A stretch of 64,000 nt of DNA, taken from NCBI GenBank assembly GCA_963612925.1, contig CAVDXG010000002.1:5543-69542 (forward strand). The letters are read 5' to 3'. Source of the DNA: Coriobacteriaceae bacterium. GTDB taxonomy: Bacteria; Bacillota_I; Bacilli_A; RFN20; CAG-826. This document shows, in pieces, positions 48,629-58,308 of the stretch (within the stretch, counting starts at the first letter, position 1; the number at the start of each line of letters is the position of its first letter). A program made the position numbers and the translations under genes. The notes under the pieces are model-generated. The model made no database searches. It saw only the letters and a program-made list of their open reading frames with translations, and was not told where the DNA came from.

Positions 48629-50824
48629 ATGAGGCTACTTGAAGTATTAATCGAACGGAAGGTTCAGTCTCTAAATCGCTCATTCACTTATGCCTATTTA
48701 GGCTCTAAGAATGTCGATATTGGTTTTCGGGTTCTTCTTCCTTTTAACAATAAGCAAATTATCGGCTATGTTTTAGGAGTTAGTGAAACTAGTCAAAGCA
48801 AAGAAGAAGTTGAAAAAGACAAAGGCTATAAAATCAATTTCATCGACGATGTGCTCGATGATAAGCCATTATTAAATAGTGAACTAATGGCCTTAGCAGA
48901 TGAAATTAGTAAGTATTATCTTTCGCCACTTATCGCCGTGCTTCAAGCGATGCTACCTAAATCGCTTAAGCCTTCTTCCTCTTCACTTAAAGGACCTAAA
49001 ATTGCTTATGAAAAATATCTTCATCTTTTAGATGATAATGAAGAAGGTCTCACTGATAAACAAATTGAACTAGTTCGTCTATTAAAAGATAATGGCGACA
49101 TTCTTAAACGCGATTATAAAAGTATTTCAATCATTAATAAGTTAATTTATTTAAAGCGAATAGCTATTAAAAAAGTCGAAAAAAATCGACTTGTAATTGT
49201 AGATACTCCGCCTGAAACGATTAAAAAATTGACGCCTGATCAAATTAAAGCTGTCAACGATATTCTTTCTAGTGAGAAGATGGTAACTCTTCTTCAAGGT
49301 GTGACCGGTTCAGGAAAAACCGAGGTTTATTTAAGCTTATCCCAACATTATCTAAAAGAAGGCAGAAATGTCTTAATGCTAGTTCCTGAAATTGCTTTAA
49401 CTCCGGTGATGGTCGCTTATTTTAAAAGGCGATTTAAAAGCGATGTCGCCATTTTGCATAGCGAGCTTACCGATGCGGAAAAATATGATGAATATCGACG
49501 AATTGCTAGAGGCGACTGCCGAATTGTGGTAGGAGCAAGAAGTGCAATATTTGCTCCATTAGAAAACATTGGACTCATCATTCTAGATGAAGAGCATGTT
49601 GAATCTTATAAACAAGATAGTTTGCCTTTTTATCACGCCAGAGAAGTGGCACTTATGAGAGCAAAACATTATCAAAGCAAAGTCGTTTTAGGTAGCGCAA
49701 CTCCATCGCTTGAAAGCAAAGCTCGCGCGGTAAAAGGTGTATATAATTATGCTCATCTTGATAAGCGCATCAATAAGCGAGAACTGCCTGAAACTCATAT
49801 TGTCGATATGTCAAAAGCTGTGAATTTATCGCGACTTTCTTACATGTTTAGCGAGGAACTTATCAATTCATTGAAAAAAGTTATATCGCGAAATGAGCAG
49901 GCGATTTTGCTCATTAACCGTCGCGGATTTTCTGGTTATATCACTTGTCGAAATTGTGGTCATATGGCGGTGTGTCCTAACTGCGGAATTGCCTTAACAT
50001 ATCACAAAAAAGACAACATGCTTAAATGCCATCACTGCGGTTATGTAGAAGTAGCTAGCGATACTTGCCCAGAATGTGGCTCGCATTTCCTCTCCCACGG
50101 AGGATTTGGCACCGAACGCATCGAACAGGAAGTGAAAAAGATTTTTCCAGAAGCTAAAACTATCCGTTTAGATAGCGATATCGGACAGGTGAGAAATAAT
50201 ATTCAAAAAACATTGACCGCTTTTGCGAATCATGAGGCTGATATTTTGGTGGGAACTCAGATGATTGCTAAAGGTCATGATTTCCCTAATGTGACTCTCG
50301 TTGGTGTCGTTTTAGCCGACATCGGTTTATCGATTCCTTCGTTTAGATCTTCAGAAAGAGTGTTTGAACTCATCACTCAAGCCGTTGGTCGAAGCGGTCG
50401 AGCTGATAAAGTAGGCAAAGCTATCATTCAAACATATAATCCATATCACTACGCGATTAGATATGCTTCAAAGCAGGACTATGAATCATTCTTTAAACAG
50501 GAGATGGCGATTAGAAAACTCCGATTATGTCCACCTTATCGATATCTAATCAGCGTTGAATTATCTTGCAAAGATGAAGAAGAGGTTTGCTCAACTTCCT
50601 TAGAAATTGTCAAAGAAATCGAACGAAATAAATTTGAAGATGTATCAATTATCGGACCTGTAACGCCTTACATCGCTTTTGAAAGAGAGCATCATGTTAG
50701 AGTTATTTTAATAAAATATAAAAATAGTGATAAAATTAAACAGTATCTTGAAGAACTCTTAGTTAGAATGAAATCTAACTATCAAATCGATATTCGCATC
50801 AATGTCGACCCATACAATTATTAA
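48629..50824 (+). CDS. priA: Primosomal protein N' (replication restart helicase)
   Basis: GVTGSGKTEVY, DEEH, and the Cys-rich zinc region CRNCGHMAVCPNCG...CHHCG...CPECGS. Confidence 0.93.
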   Translation: MRLLEVLIERKVQSLNRSFTYAYLGSKNVDIGFRVLLPFNNKQIIGYVLGVSETSQSKEEVEKDKGYKINFIDDVLDDKPLLNSELMALADEISKYYLSPLIAVLQAMLPKSLKPSSSSLKGPKIAYEKYLHLLDDNEEGLTDKQIELVRLLKDNGDILKRDYKSISIINKLIYLKRIAIKKVEKNRLVIVDTPPETIKKLTPDQIKAVNDILSSEKMVTLLQGVTGSGKTEVYLSLSQHYLKEGRNVLMLVPEIALTPVMVAYFKRRFKSDVAILHSELTDAEKYDEYRRIARGDCRIVVGARSAIFAPLENIGLIILDEEHVESYKQDSLPFYHAREVALMRAKHYQSKVVLGSATPSLESKARAVKGVYNYAHLDKRINKRELPETHIVDMSKAVNLSRLSYMFSEELINSLKKVISRNEQAILLINRRGFSGYITCRNCGHMAVCPNCGIALTYHKKDNMLKCHHCGYVEVASDTCPECGSHFLSHGGFGTERIEQEVKKIFPEAKTIRLDSDIGQVRNNIQKTLTAFANHEADILVGTQMIAKGHDFPNVTLVGVVLADIGLSIPSFRSSERVFELITQAVGRSGRADKVGKAIIQTYNPYHYAIRYASKQDYESFFKQEMAIRKLRLCPPYRYLISVELSCKDEEEVCSTSLEIVKEIERNKFEDVSIIGPVTPYIAFEREHHVRVILIKYKNSDKIKQYLEELLVRMKSNYQIDIRINVDPYNY

Positions 50825-50839
50825 TGGAGGAGCTAAAAA

Positions 50840-51298
50840 ATGATTACAATCGATATTCTAGGCTTAGATCAATATGTCACTGGCACATATTCAAAAAACC
50901 ACAGCGTAAACCTGGCTTCTTTATTTGAAACAAGTGTCGACGATATCTCTTTTTACGCACCTAATTCATATATTTTCCATCAAGGAGTGGAACAAACAAG
51001 TTGGAACACGATTGTCCGCGTTCACGCTCCAGAAAAATATGTTATTTTTGAGAAAAAAGTTGCCAAATATATCCTAGAAACCTTGAAGGAATTCGCAATT
51101 AATATTTCTATTGAGTTTTATTATTATGAATTAGAACATCATTATGTATATACTAACGACAAATATCCTCATTTTCTTAGCGATGATAATCTTGTAAATG
51201 TCGAAGAAGAGACATTAGAAGATGGCGAAGAATTATATGAAGGTAATATCTTTGAAGACTTCGAAAAGAAATTAGAAGAAGCTAAAAAGAATAAATAG
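50840..51298 (+). CDS. Hypothetical protein (DUF1904/tautomerase-like from memory) with an acidic C-terminus
   Basis: 152-aa ORF with SD GGAGGAG upstream. It occupies the slot where def/fmt usually sit. Confidence 0.5.
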   Translation: MITIDILGLDQYVTGTYSKNHSVNLASLFETSVDDISFYAPNSYIFHQGVEQTSWNTIVRVHAPEKYVIFEKKVAKYILETLKEFAINISIEFYYYELEHHYVYTNDKYPHFLSDDNLVNVEEETLEDGEELYEGNIFEDFEKKLEEAKKNK

Positions 51299-51309
51299 AG
51301 GTGGCTAAG

Positions 51310-52557
51310 ATGAAAGAATTAACGATTGCTCGCGATGGGCTAGTAAAAATTGTAAGTGAAGATGTAACTTTTAAGAAAGTCCTTAAATTACTTTTTCCTC
51401 GAAATAGCCAGGATAAAAAATATTTAAGCATAGTCTCTTCGCTTTTAGGCTGTGAACTTCGTCATCATCTTCTATTCACTGAATTACTTAAAAAAGAAGA
51501 AAATTTAACTATAGAAGAAGAATCATTAATTAGACTTGCTTTAGCAAATCATCTCTTTTTAAGAAAATTAGATGAAGAAAAAGTTCTTCAATTTCTAAAA
51601 GAAAATTTAAACGAAAAATATAGCGATAATTTGAAGAAATTGTTGGCTTTCCAAGGTCAGGTTTCCGAAATCATTGATATCGACCACTCTTCGATTGAAT
51701 ATATTTCACTTCGCTTTAACAGTCCAACATGGCTCATCAAGATGTGGAATAAGCATTACGGAAAAGGCTTAACTTTCAAAACTTTGAAAGCTAATTGTGC
51801 TCCATCACAAAATTATTATCGAATTGATACAAAACTTAAAAAAGAAGCACCATTTTCTGACGAGAGTAAATTCCTTCCTACAGAAGTAAGTGACGTTTAT
51901 AAATATGTCGATAAAGAATCGCTAAAGAAACTGCCTGCTTATCAAAATGGTTCAATCTTTTTAATCAAAAGTGAAGTCAAAGCGATACTTGATAAATATT
52001 ACAACCCATTGCTCAATGAATGCCTCCTTTATAGCGGAGAAGATGATGCAATTGTCAAAGAATTCTATTTAAGAAGCGAAGGCAAAACTGGCATCAATTT
52101 AGTGGTGCCTGATATCTCTAAGCGTGCAGAAATCCTTCGATTGATTCGCGTTAATAATATTAAAAATATTAATTTATTCATGGCGAATGATCCAGTTGGT
52201 TATCAAACTGGTATTTCTCATCCTCAGGAATTGGTTTTCGTCTATCCAACTTCTTCTTCCTTCTCGCGCATTCAGATGTATCCAGATTATTTACTGCATT
52301 TTAAAAAGGATAGTTTTGATGAACTAATTAAAAAGCAAAAAGAAGTGCTTTATGATCTATCTAAATTTGTCCTTCCGGGCGGAACACTTATCTATATGGT
52401 GGACACTCTTAACAAGAAAGAGTCTTCTTCAATTGTGACTAATTTCCTTCTCGACAACACTTCATTTAGTTTAGTTGAAGAGCTTCAATTATTCCCATTT
52501 GAAAATGGTAATAGCACTCTTTATTATGCAGTGATGAAAAAAGCAGATAATGATTAA
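51310..52557 (+). CDS. RsmB/Sun-like protein with degenerate methyltransferase motifs
   Basis: It has a NusB-like N-terminal part plus a C-terminal MTase-like fold, in the conserved position between priA and rlmN. ATG 51310 lies behind SD GAGGTGG. A GTG at 51301 is an alternative start. Confidence 0.65.
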   Translation: MKELTIARDGLVKIVSEDVTFKKVLKLLFPRNSQDKKYLSIVSSLLGCELRHHLLFTELLKKEENLTIEEESLIRLALANHLFLRKLDEEKVLQFLKENLNEKYSDNLKKLLAFQGQVSEIIDIDHSSIEYISLRFNSPTWLIKMWNKHYGKGLTFKTLKANCAPSQNYYRIDTKLKKEAPFSDESKFLPTEVSDVYKYVDKESLKKLPAYQNGSIFLIKSEVKAILDKYYNPLLNECLLYSGEDDAIVKEFYLRSEGKTGINLVVPDISKRAEILRLIRVNNIKNINLFMANDPVGYQTGISHPQELVFVYPTSSSFSRIQMYPDYLLHFKKDSFDELIKKQKEVLYDLSKFVLPGGTLIYMVDTLNKKESSSIVTNFLLDNTSFSLVEELQLFPFENGNSTLYYAVMKKADND

Positions 52558-53602
52558 TTTATACGACTATACCTTAAAAAAATTAGAAGATTTGCTCATA
52601 AATGAATACGCTCAGAAGAAATATCGAGCCAGCCAATTGTTTTCTTGGATTTATAAAAAAGAAGTGACTGACTTTTCTTTGATGAGTGATGTTGCTTTAT
52701 CTTTTCGCGAAGTCTTATTGAAAGATTTTTCTTTAGAACTTCCAAAGATTTATCAAAAGCAAGTGAGCGATGATGGCACGATTAAACTTTTGTTAGAGCT
52801 AAGCGATGGCAGTAAAATCGAGACCGCAATGCTTCCTTATAATTACGGCAATGCTATCTGCGTTACTAGCGAAGTTGGTTGCTCGATGAGCTGCGCTTTC
52901 TGCGCTTCCGGACTTTTAAAGAAAAAACGCAATCTAACTGTCTCTGAGATGGTTGGGCAAATTTTGGTGGTCAATTCTTTATTAAAAGAAAAGGGTGAAA
53001 AAATCACCCATGTCGTAGTTATGGGAACGGGTGAGCCGTTTGATAATTATGATAATGTTCTCGATTTCATCCGCATTATTAACGATCCAAAAGCGTTAGA
53101 GATTGGAGCTAGACATATCACTATTTCCACCTGTGGGCTAATCCCAGGAATTCTTCGTTACGCCGATGAAGGATTACAAACTAATTTAGCTATTTCGCTT
53201 CATGCGAGCAACGATGAGCTCAGAAATTCTCTCATGCCAATAAATAAAGTTTATCCTTTAAAAGAACTTTTAAAAGCGATTAAATATTATCAAGAACACG
53301 CTTCTCGTCGCGTAACCTTTGAATATATTCTTCTTAAAGGCGTCAACGACTCGTTAGATAACGCTAAAGAACTTGCGGATTTAATTGATAATGATTTAAC
53401 TTATATTGTCAATTTGATTCCTTATAACGCCGTTAAAGAAAAAAATTTCAAGCGCAGCGATGATAAAACTGTTCACGCCTTTTTCTCTTATCTAAAAAAG
53501 CGACATATCAATGTCACGATTAGAAAAGAATTTGGCAAAGACATCGATGCCGCCTGCGGACAGCTTAGAGCAAAGGAATATTATGCTTCCAAAAACCATT
53601 AA
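52550..53602 (+). CDS. rlmN: 23S rRNA/tRNA adenine-C2 methyltransferase (radical SAM)
   Basis: Radical-SAM CSMSCAFCASG, GTGEPFDN, and the C-terminal IDAACGQL motif. Confidence 0.93.
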   Translation: MINLYDYTLKKLEDLLINEYAQKKYRASQLFSWIYKKEVTDFSLMSDVALSFREVLLKDFSLELPKIYQKQVSDDGTIKLLLELSDGSKIETAMLPYNYGNAICVTSEVGCSMSCAFCASGLLKKKRNLTVSEMVGQILVVNSLLKEKGEKITHVVVMGTGEPFDNYDNVLDFIRIINDPKALEIGARHITISTCGLIPGILRYADEGLQTNLAISLHASNDELRNSLMPINKVYPLKELLKAIKYYQEHASRRVTFEYILLKGVNDSLDNAKELADLIDNDLTYIVNLIPYNAVKEKNFKRSDDKTVHAFFSYLKKRHINVTIRKEFGKDIDAACGQLRAKEYYASKNH

Positions 53603-54350
53603 AGGACAATTTGCTAGTAAAACGGATATTGGTCGAGTTCGCATTACTAATGAAGACCAAGCTTTTTCGCTTATCAATGCCTCTGGCAACATTCTTCTTG
53701 GTGTTTGCGATGGAATGGGCGGTCACAATAAAGGCGATTACGCCTCTCGCATCGCTAAGGAAGTTATTGTCGAAGAATTCAGGAATAAATCTGGCTTTTT
53801 AAATAGTTGGAGCGTCAAATATTGGCTCTCTAGAGTGATCAAAAAGGTTAATTCGAGAATTTATAATGAAGCTTGTAGTAATCCTGAATATAAAGACATG
53901 GGCACTACTTTGGTGATGGCTTTACTTTATAAAGATTTAATTTTTATCGTCAACATTGGCGATTCTCGCGCTTATTGGGTGAGATATAACGATTTAAAAC
54001 AATTAACGGAAGATCAAACTTATGTTGAATATCTTTATAAGACAGGCAAGATAAGTTTAGAGCAGACAAAAACTAGCGCCGAGCGGCACATTTTAATGAA
54101 TGCATTGGGCACTTTTCCTTCGGTGAGTTTTCGCATTAGAACTTTGCAAAACTTAAAAAATCCGATTTTGCTTTGCTCGGATGGACTATACAATAATGCG
54201 ACAAATAGCGAGATTCATTCAGCTCTAAGAACTGATGAAAGAATTGAACAAAAAATTGATACATTAATTGCAATCGCCAACTCCAATGGCGGTTCTGACA
54301 ATATTGCTGTTTCCTATTTTGAGGTCAATAAAGATGATAAAGATTGGTGA
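53583..54350 (+). CDS. stp: PP2C-family Ser/Thr phosphatase
   Basis: KTDIGRVRITNEDQ, GVCDGMGGH and GGSDNIAV motifs. The start is set at MLPKTIKGQF. Confidence 0.9.
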   Translation: MLPKTIKGQFASKTDIGRVRITNEDQAFSLINASGNILLGVCDGMGGHNKGDYASRIAKEVIVEEFRNKSGFLNSWSVKYWLSRVIKKVNSRIYNEACSNPEYKDMGTTLVMALLYKDLIFIVNIGDSRAYWVRYNDLKQLTEDQTYVEYLYKTGKISLEQTKTSAERHILMNALGTFPSVSFRIRTLQNLKNPILLCSDGLYNNATNSEIHSALRTDERIEQKIDTLIAIANSNGGSDNIAVSYFEVNKDDKDW

Positions 54351-55212
54351 TCGCATTGATAATCGTTATCGAATTACTGGCCGCATCGGAACTGGTGGAA
54401 TGGCTGAAGTTTTTGAAGCAACCGATTTTATTTTGAAAAAGACGGTGGCTATAAAAGTGATGCGAGAAGAGCTGCTAGATGATAGCACGAATGTTCTCCG
54501 CTTTGAAAGAGAAGCCATTTCTTGCGCTTCGATGAATCATCCTAATATCATCCACGTTTATGCTCGAGGGGAAGTTGATTCTCGCCCATACATGGCATAT
54601 GAATACATCAAAGGACAAACGCTGGCGGAAAGACTTGAGTTTTTAACACAGTTAACTGTCTATGAATGTTGCCAAATCATGTCTCAACTTCTCGATGCAG
54701 TCAGCTATATTCATAAACACGGCATCATTCATCGCGACATCAAGCCGCAGAACATTTTCTATTTGCCAGATGGAACGATTAAATTATCGGATTTCGGCAT
54801 CGCGGTGGACGCTAATTTGAATGAAACGAAAACTGAAAAAGGTATTTTGGGTTCAGTCTTTTATCTAGCGCCAGAAATTTGCGAAGGTAAGCCTCCAACT
54901 GTTCAAAGCGATATTTATTCGCTCGGTGTCACTTTCTTTGAAATCTTAACTGGACGACTTCCATATGAAGAAGGCCATGCCGTCGATATCGCTATCTCTC
55001 ATATTAAAAAGCCATTTCCTAGCACTTTGAAGTTTTCACCTAATATTCCAAAAGAAATCGACCGCATCGTTTTAAAGGCTTGTAAAAAGCAACCTAAAGA
55101 TCGTTATAAAAGTGCTGATGAAATGCTAGAAGCAGTTAAAAAAGCGATGGATAATCACGACAATTTTAAAGAGAAAAAAGGCTTTATTCGTCGAATTTTT
55201 GGTTTTAAATAA
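54334..55212 (+). CDS. prkC: Hanks-type Ser/Thr protein kinase, catalytic domain only
   Basis: GTGGMAEVF, AIK, HRDIKPQN, DFG and APE motifs. It is 293 aa and ends right after the kinase domain. Confidence 0.9.
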   Translation: MIKIGDRIDNRYRITGRIGTGGMAEVFEATDFILKKTVAIKVMREELLDDSTNVLRFEREAISCASMNHPNIIHVYARGEVDSRPYMAYEYIKGQTLAERLEFLTQLTVYECCQIMSQLLDAVSYIHKHGIIHRDIKPQNIFYLPDGTIKLSDFGIAVDANLNETKTEKGILGSVFYLAPEICEGKPPTVQSDIYSLGVTFFEILTGRLPYEEGHAVDIAISHIKKPFPSTLKFSPNIPKEIDRIVLKACKKQPKDRYKSADEMLEAVKKAMDNHDNFKEKKGFIRRIFGFK

Positions 55213-56072
55213 TGGAAGGAAAAATTGTTGCTAATCTAGGACATAATTATTCCTTTTATAGCCAAGGAATTTATTACACCGTTTCACCTCGTGGCAGTTT
55301 TCGTTATAAAGGCATTAAACCTTTAGTGGGTGATGATATTGAAATTGATGAAGAAACTTTTTCGATTATTTCATTTAATGACCGGAAAAATTCTTTTGTG
55401 CGTCCAAAAGTTAGCAATGTCGATCAAATAATTTTAGTTTTTTCTTTAAAAGAACCAGATTTATCGGTTGAACTTTTATATAAATATTTGACTTACATCA
55501 ATATGCACGATGTTAAAGCGGTGGTTGTGTTTAGTAAAGATGATTTGGTAAGCGACTTTACTAAAGTTAATCAGCTAATAAGTGAGTTAGATAAAATAGG
55601 CATAACTTCTTTCCTATTAGGAAAGGATGATAAAAATTCTTTATCCTCCATTAAGGAATTATTGAAAGATAAAGTTAGTTTATTCATGGGGCAAACTGGA
55701 GTTGGTAAATCAACTTTAATTAACCTTCTTGATGATTCATTTAATCGCAAAGTAGGTGAGTATTCTTTGGCTTTAGGAAGAGGGAAACATCAGACAAAAG
55801 AAGTTATCTTGTTTCCTTATTTAAATGGTTTTATTGGCGACACTCCCGGATTTTCTTCGCTTGATTTAGCGATTTTTAAAGAAGATTTAGCTCAATTTTT
55901 CCCAGGGTTTAACCGTTATAACGAGTGCTATTTTTCTAATTGCTTGCATCAAAATGAAAAAGACTGTGCGATAAAAAAGATGCTAGAAAGTGGAATACTT
56001 TCTATGGAAAGTTATAAAATCTATTTAAAGATATTAGAAGAACTCCCTTATCGGAAGGAAAGGTATAAATAA
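55212..56072 (+). CDS. rsgA: Ribosome small-subunit-dependent GTPase A
   Basis: GQTGVGKSTLIN, DTPGF, and the zinc motif CYFSNCLHQNEKDCA. Confidence 0.9.
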   Translation: MEGKIVANLGHNYSFYSQGIYYTVSPRGSFRYKGIKPLVGDDIEIDEETFSIISFNDRKNSFVRPKVSNVDQIILVFSLKEPDLSVELLYKYLTYINMHDVKAVVVFSKDDLVSDFTKVNQLISELDKIGITSFLLGKDDKNSLSSIKELLKDKVSLFMGQTGVGKSTLINLLDDSFNRKVGEYSLALGRGKHQTKEVILFPYLNGFIGDTPGFSSLDLAIFKEDLAQFFPGFNRYNECYFSNCLHQNEKDCAIKKMLESGILSMESYKIYLKILEELPYRKERYK

Positions 56073-56074
56073 TT

Positions 56075-56728
56075 ATGAAAGACATCATCTCTCCATCGCT
56101 ATTAGCGGCAGATAAAACTAAATTAGATCAAGAAATCCTTTTAGCGGAGTCTTTAGGAGCGGAATGGATTCACTGGGATGTGATGGATGGCATCTTTGTA
56201 CCTAATAAATCTTATAGTGATAAAGATGTCGAAAAATATGCTCATATTCATAAAATGGTTAACGATGTTCACATCATGGTCGCTGATCCGATGAATGTGG
56301 CTCCATTATTTATTAATGCCGGCGCTAATATTGTTACTTTTCATATCGAAGCTTTAGAATGTCCAAAATGCATTGCTAAATTAATTAATAAAATTCATGA
56401 AAAAAATGTGAAGGTTGGCATTTCTTTAAAACCGAAAACCAAGGTTAAAGAAGTCCTACCTTTCTTAAATAAAATTGATGTTGTTTTACTTATGAGCGTC
56501 GAGCCTGGCTTAGGCGGGCAAAAATTCATGCCTAAAACTCTTAGAAAAATTAAGAAATTGCGCAAAGTAATCGATAAAAATTCCTATAATTGCTTAATTG
56601 AAGTCGATGGAGGAATTAATGATATAACTGGCAAGAAGTGTCGAAAAGCAGGGGCTGATGTTCTTGTCGCGGGCTCTTATTTATTTGGCCATGATGATAT
56701 AAAAGAAAGGTTTAAGGCCTTAAGATGA
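56075..56728 (+). CDS. rpe: Ribulose-phosphate 3-epimerase
   Basis: ISPSLLAAD, HWDVMDGIFVPN, MSVEPGLGGQKF. Confidence 0.95.
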   Translation: MKDIISPSLLAADKTKLDQEILLAESLGAEWIHWDVMDGIFVPNKSYSDKDVEKYAHIHKMVNDVHIMVADPMNVAPLFINAGANIVTFHIEALECPKCIAKLINKIHEKNVKVGISLKPKTKVKEVLPFLNKIDVVLLMSVEPGLGGQKFMPKTLRKIKKLRKVIDKNSYNCLIEVDGGINDITGKKCRKAGADVLVAGSYLFGHDDIKERFKALR

Positions 56729-57399
56729 TTGAATTTAATTTAATTTGGATATTATTGCTGATCATTTATGTTCTTTCTTTTATCGCTTTGATGACTTTTT
56801 CATTCATTTTTAGAAAAAAAGATCAGCCTTTTTCTTTTCTAAATTGCTTTCCCTTTGAATATTTCTCAAACCGTAAATTAGATGTTTTACTCTACATCTT
56901 TGCTTTAATCTCCTTTTGTCCGTTATTTTTAGTTTTACCTCGCTTTGGAGAAATGGGAGATTTAGCTTTATTTAATTTATTTTTAACCTGTTTTTTTGGC
57001 TTAGCCGGAATTGCTTTAGTTTTCGCTTCAAAGATTTCTACATTATATTTAAAATCACATTTTAAAATTGCTACTGTCTTGTTTTGCCTCGCCTTTCTTT
57101 TAAGCGCATTAGTGAGTCTTCATTTCTTTTTGGATTTTAGCCTCTTCGATAGCACTAACTTTAATAGAATCTTTTATTTAATTTTCGGCATTTTATCGTC
57201 ACTATTATCGTTATTAATGCTAGTTCTACTTTTCAATCCAAAACTCAAAGATTGGTACAAATTAGATTCTAAAAATGTCGATGGAAACCTTGTGTATCAA
57301 AGAGCCAAATTTATTTCGCTTGCCTACACGGAATGGCTTTCGATATTGGTCATATTTTTAAGTGAAATTTTCTTCTTTCTTTCTTTATTAAAGATATAA
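56725..57399 (+). CDS. Hypothetical integral membrane protein
   Basis: About 6 hydrophobic helices, Phe/Leu-rich. ATGA overlap with rpe. Confidence 0.55.
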   Translation: MIEFNLIWILLLIIYVLSFIALMTFSFIFRKKDQPFSFLNCFPFEYFSNRKLDVLLYIFALISFCPLFLVLPRFGEMGDLALFNLFLTCFFGLAGIALVFASKISTLYLKSHFKIATVLFCLAFLLSALVSLHFFLDFSLFDSTNFNRIFYLIFGILSSLLSLLMLVLLFNPKLKDWYKLDSKNVDGNLVYQRAKFISLAYTEWLSILVIFLSEIFFFLSLLKI

Positions 57400-57418
57400 A
57401 AAAAGACCCCGAAGGATC
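57398..57418 (-). terminator. Intrinsic terminator downstream of rpmB
   Basis: The minus strand reads GATCC-TTCG-GGGTC followed by TTTTTTT. The stem is short (5 bp, one G.U) with a UUCG tetraloop. Confidence 0.45.
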
Positions 57419-57436
57419 TTGTTTATCTTTATGAGA

Positions 57437-57625
57437 TTATTTAGCTTTTTTAAGAAGCGCTCGATGGGCACGTGCACTCATGCGAACAGTCACGGTACGA
57501 CCATTGATATTTAATCGATATTTTTGTAAGTTGGCGTTCCAAGCGCGTCTTGTTGCAATGTTGCTATGAGAACGAGCATTTCCGCTTAATTTGCCAACTC
57601 CACTTACTTCACACACTCTTGACAT
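57437..57625 (-). CDS. rpmB: 50S ribosomal protein L28
   Basis: MSRVCEVSGVGKLSGNARSHSNIATRRAWNANLQ. Confidence 0.95.
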   Translation of the reverse strand: MSRVCEVSGVGKLSGNARSHSNIATRRAWNANLQKYRLNINGRTVTVRMSARAHRALLKKAK

Positions 57626-57661
57626 ATCTTAACCTCACTTTTCTTAAAAATTGCAAGTGCT

Positions 57662-57690
57662 ATTTTATCACGGCAATTCTAATATGTAAA
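57662..57690 (-). promoter_or_regulatory. Candidate sigma-A promoter of rpmB with an extended -10
   Basis: The minus strand reads TTTACA, a 17-nt spacer ending in TGA, then TAAAAT (TGnTAAAAT). Confidence 0.45.
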
Positions 57691-57728
57691 CTAAAGTTTT
57701 TTCCTTTAAAATTAGCCGATTTTCATTC

Positions 57729-58190
57729 TCAATGTTTTTGAAATCGCTCGTAAAATTCTTCTTCGCTTATTAGATGAGAATAAGTTAAGGCGTATTCGTA
57801 AATTACGCCATCTTTATCAAATGCTAAATAGTAGGGATGACCATTATTTTTATAGAACAAAAGCATTTTATGCTTCTTGGAAAATTTTTCATCGATAAAG
57901 ATGATATCTTTAAAATAATATTCATAGACTTTCCCCATTTTGACATGAACAATTTTGTGTTTATCGACTACATAGTAGGTTTGTTTTATGCTCACGATGA
58001 TCGAAAAGACAGCTAAGATAACTACAATTGGGGTGTAGATATAAAAAGATGCATCTAAAGAAAATGTTTCTTTATCAAACCTTTGGAAAGCGAAAAATAA
58101 GGCTACTTCGATGATTAAAAACAAAATAGATAAAAGAATTATTATTCTTGGACTAGAAATATGAAGTCTTTCTTCCTCTTTTTTAGCCAT
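57729..58190 (-). CDS. Hypothetical membrane protein with a bacterial PH-like (bPH/DUF304-like) C-terminal part
   Basis: Two TM helices followed by YYVVDKHKIVHVKMGKVYEYYFKDIIFID. Confidence 0.5.
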   Translation of the reverse strand: MAKKEEERLHISSPRIIILLSILFLIIEVALFFAFQRFDKETFSLDASFYIYTPIVVILAVFSIIVSIKQTYYVVDKHKIVHVKMGKVYEYYFKDIIFIDEKFSKKHKMLLFYKNNGHPYYLAFDKDGVIYEYALTYSHLISEEEFYERFQKH

Positions 58191-58308
58191 GTCTCAATTA
58201 TATGAAAATATGTAAATGCTTCCAAATGTTTTATTAAATAAATGGCTATGCTAAAATACTAGTGAAAAAAATATTATTTTTTCAAAAACAATTTATAGGA
58301 GAGTCGCT

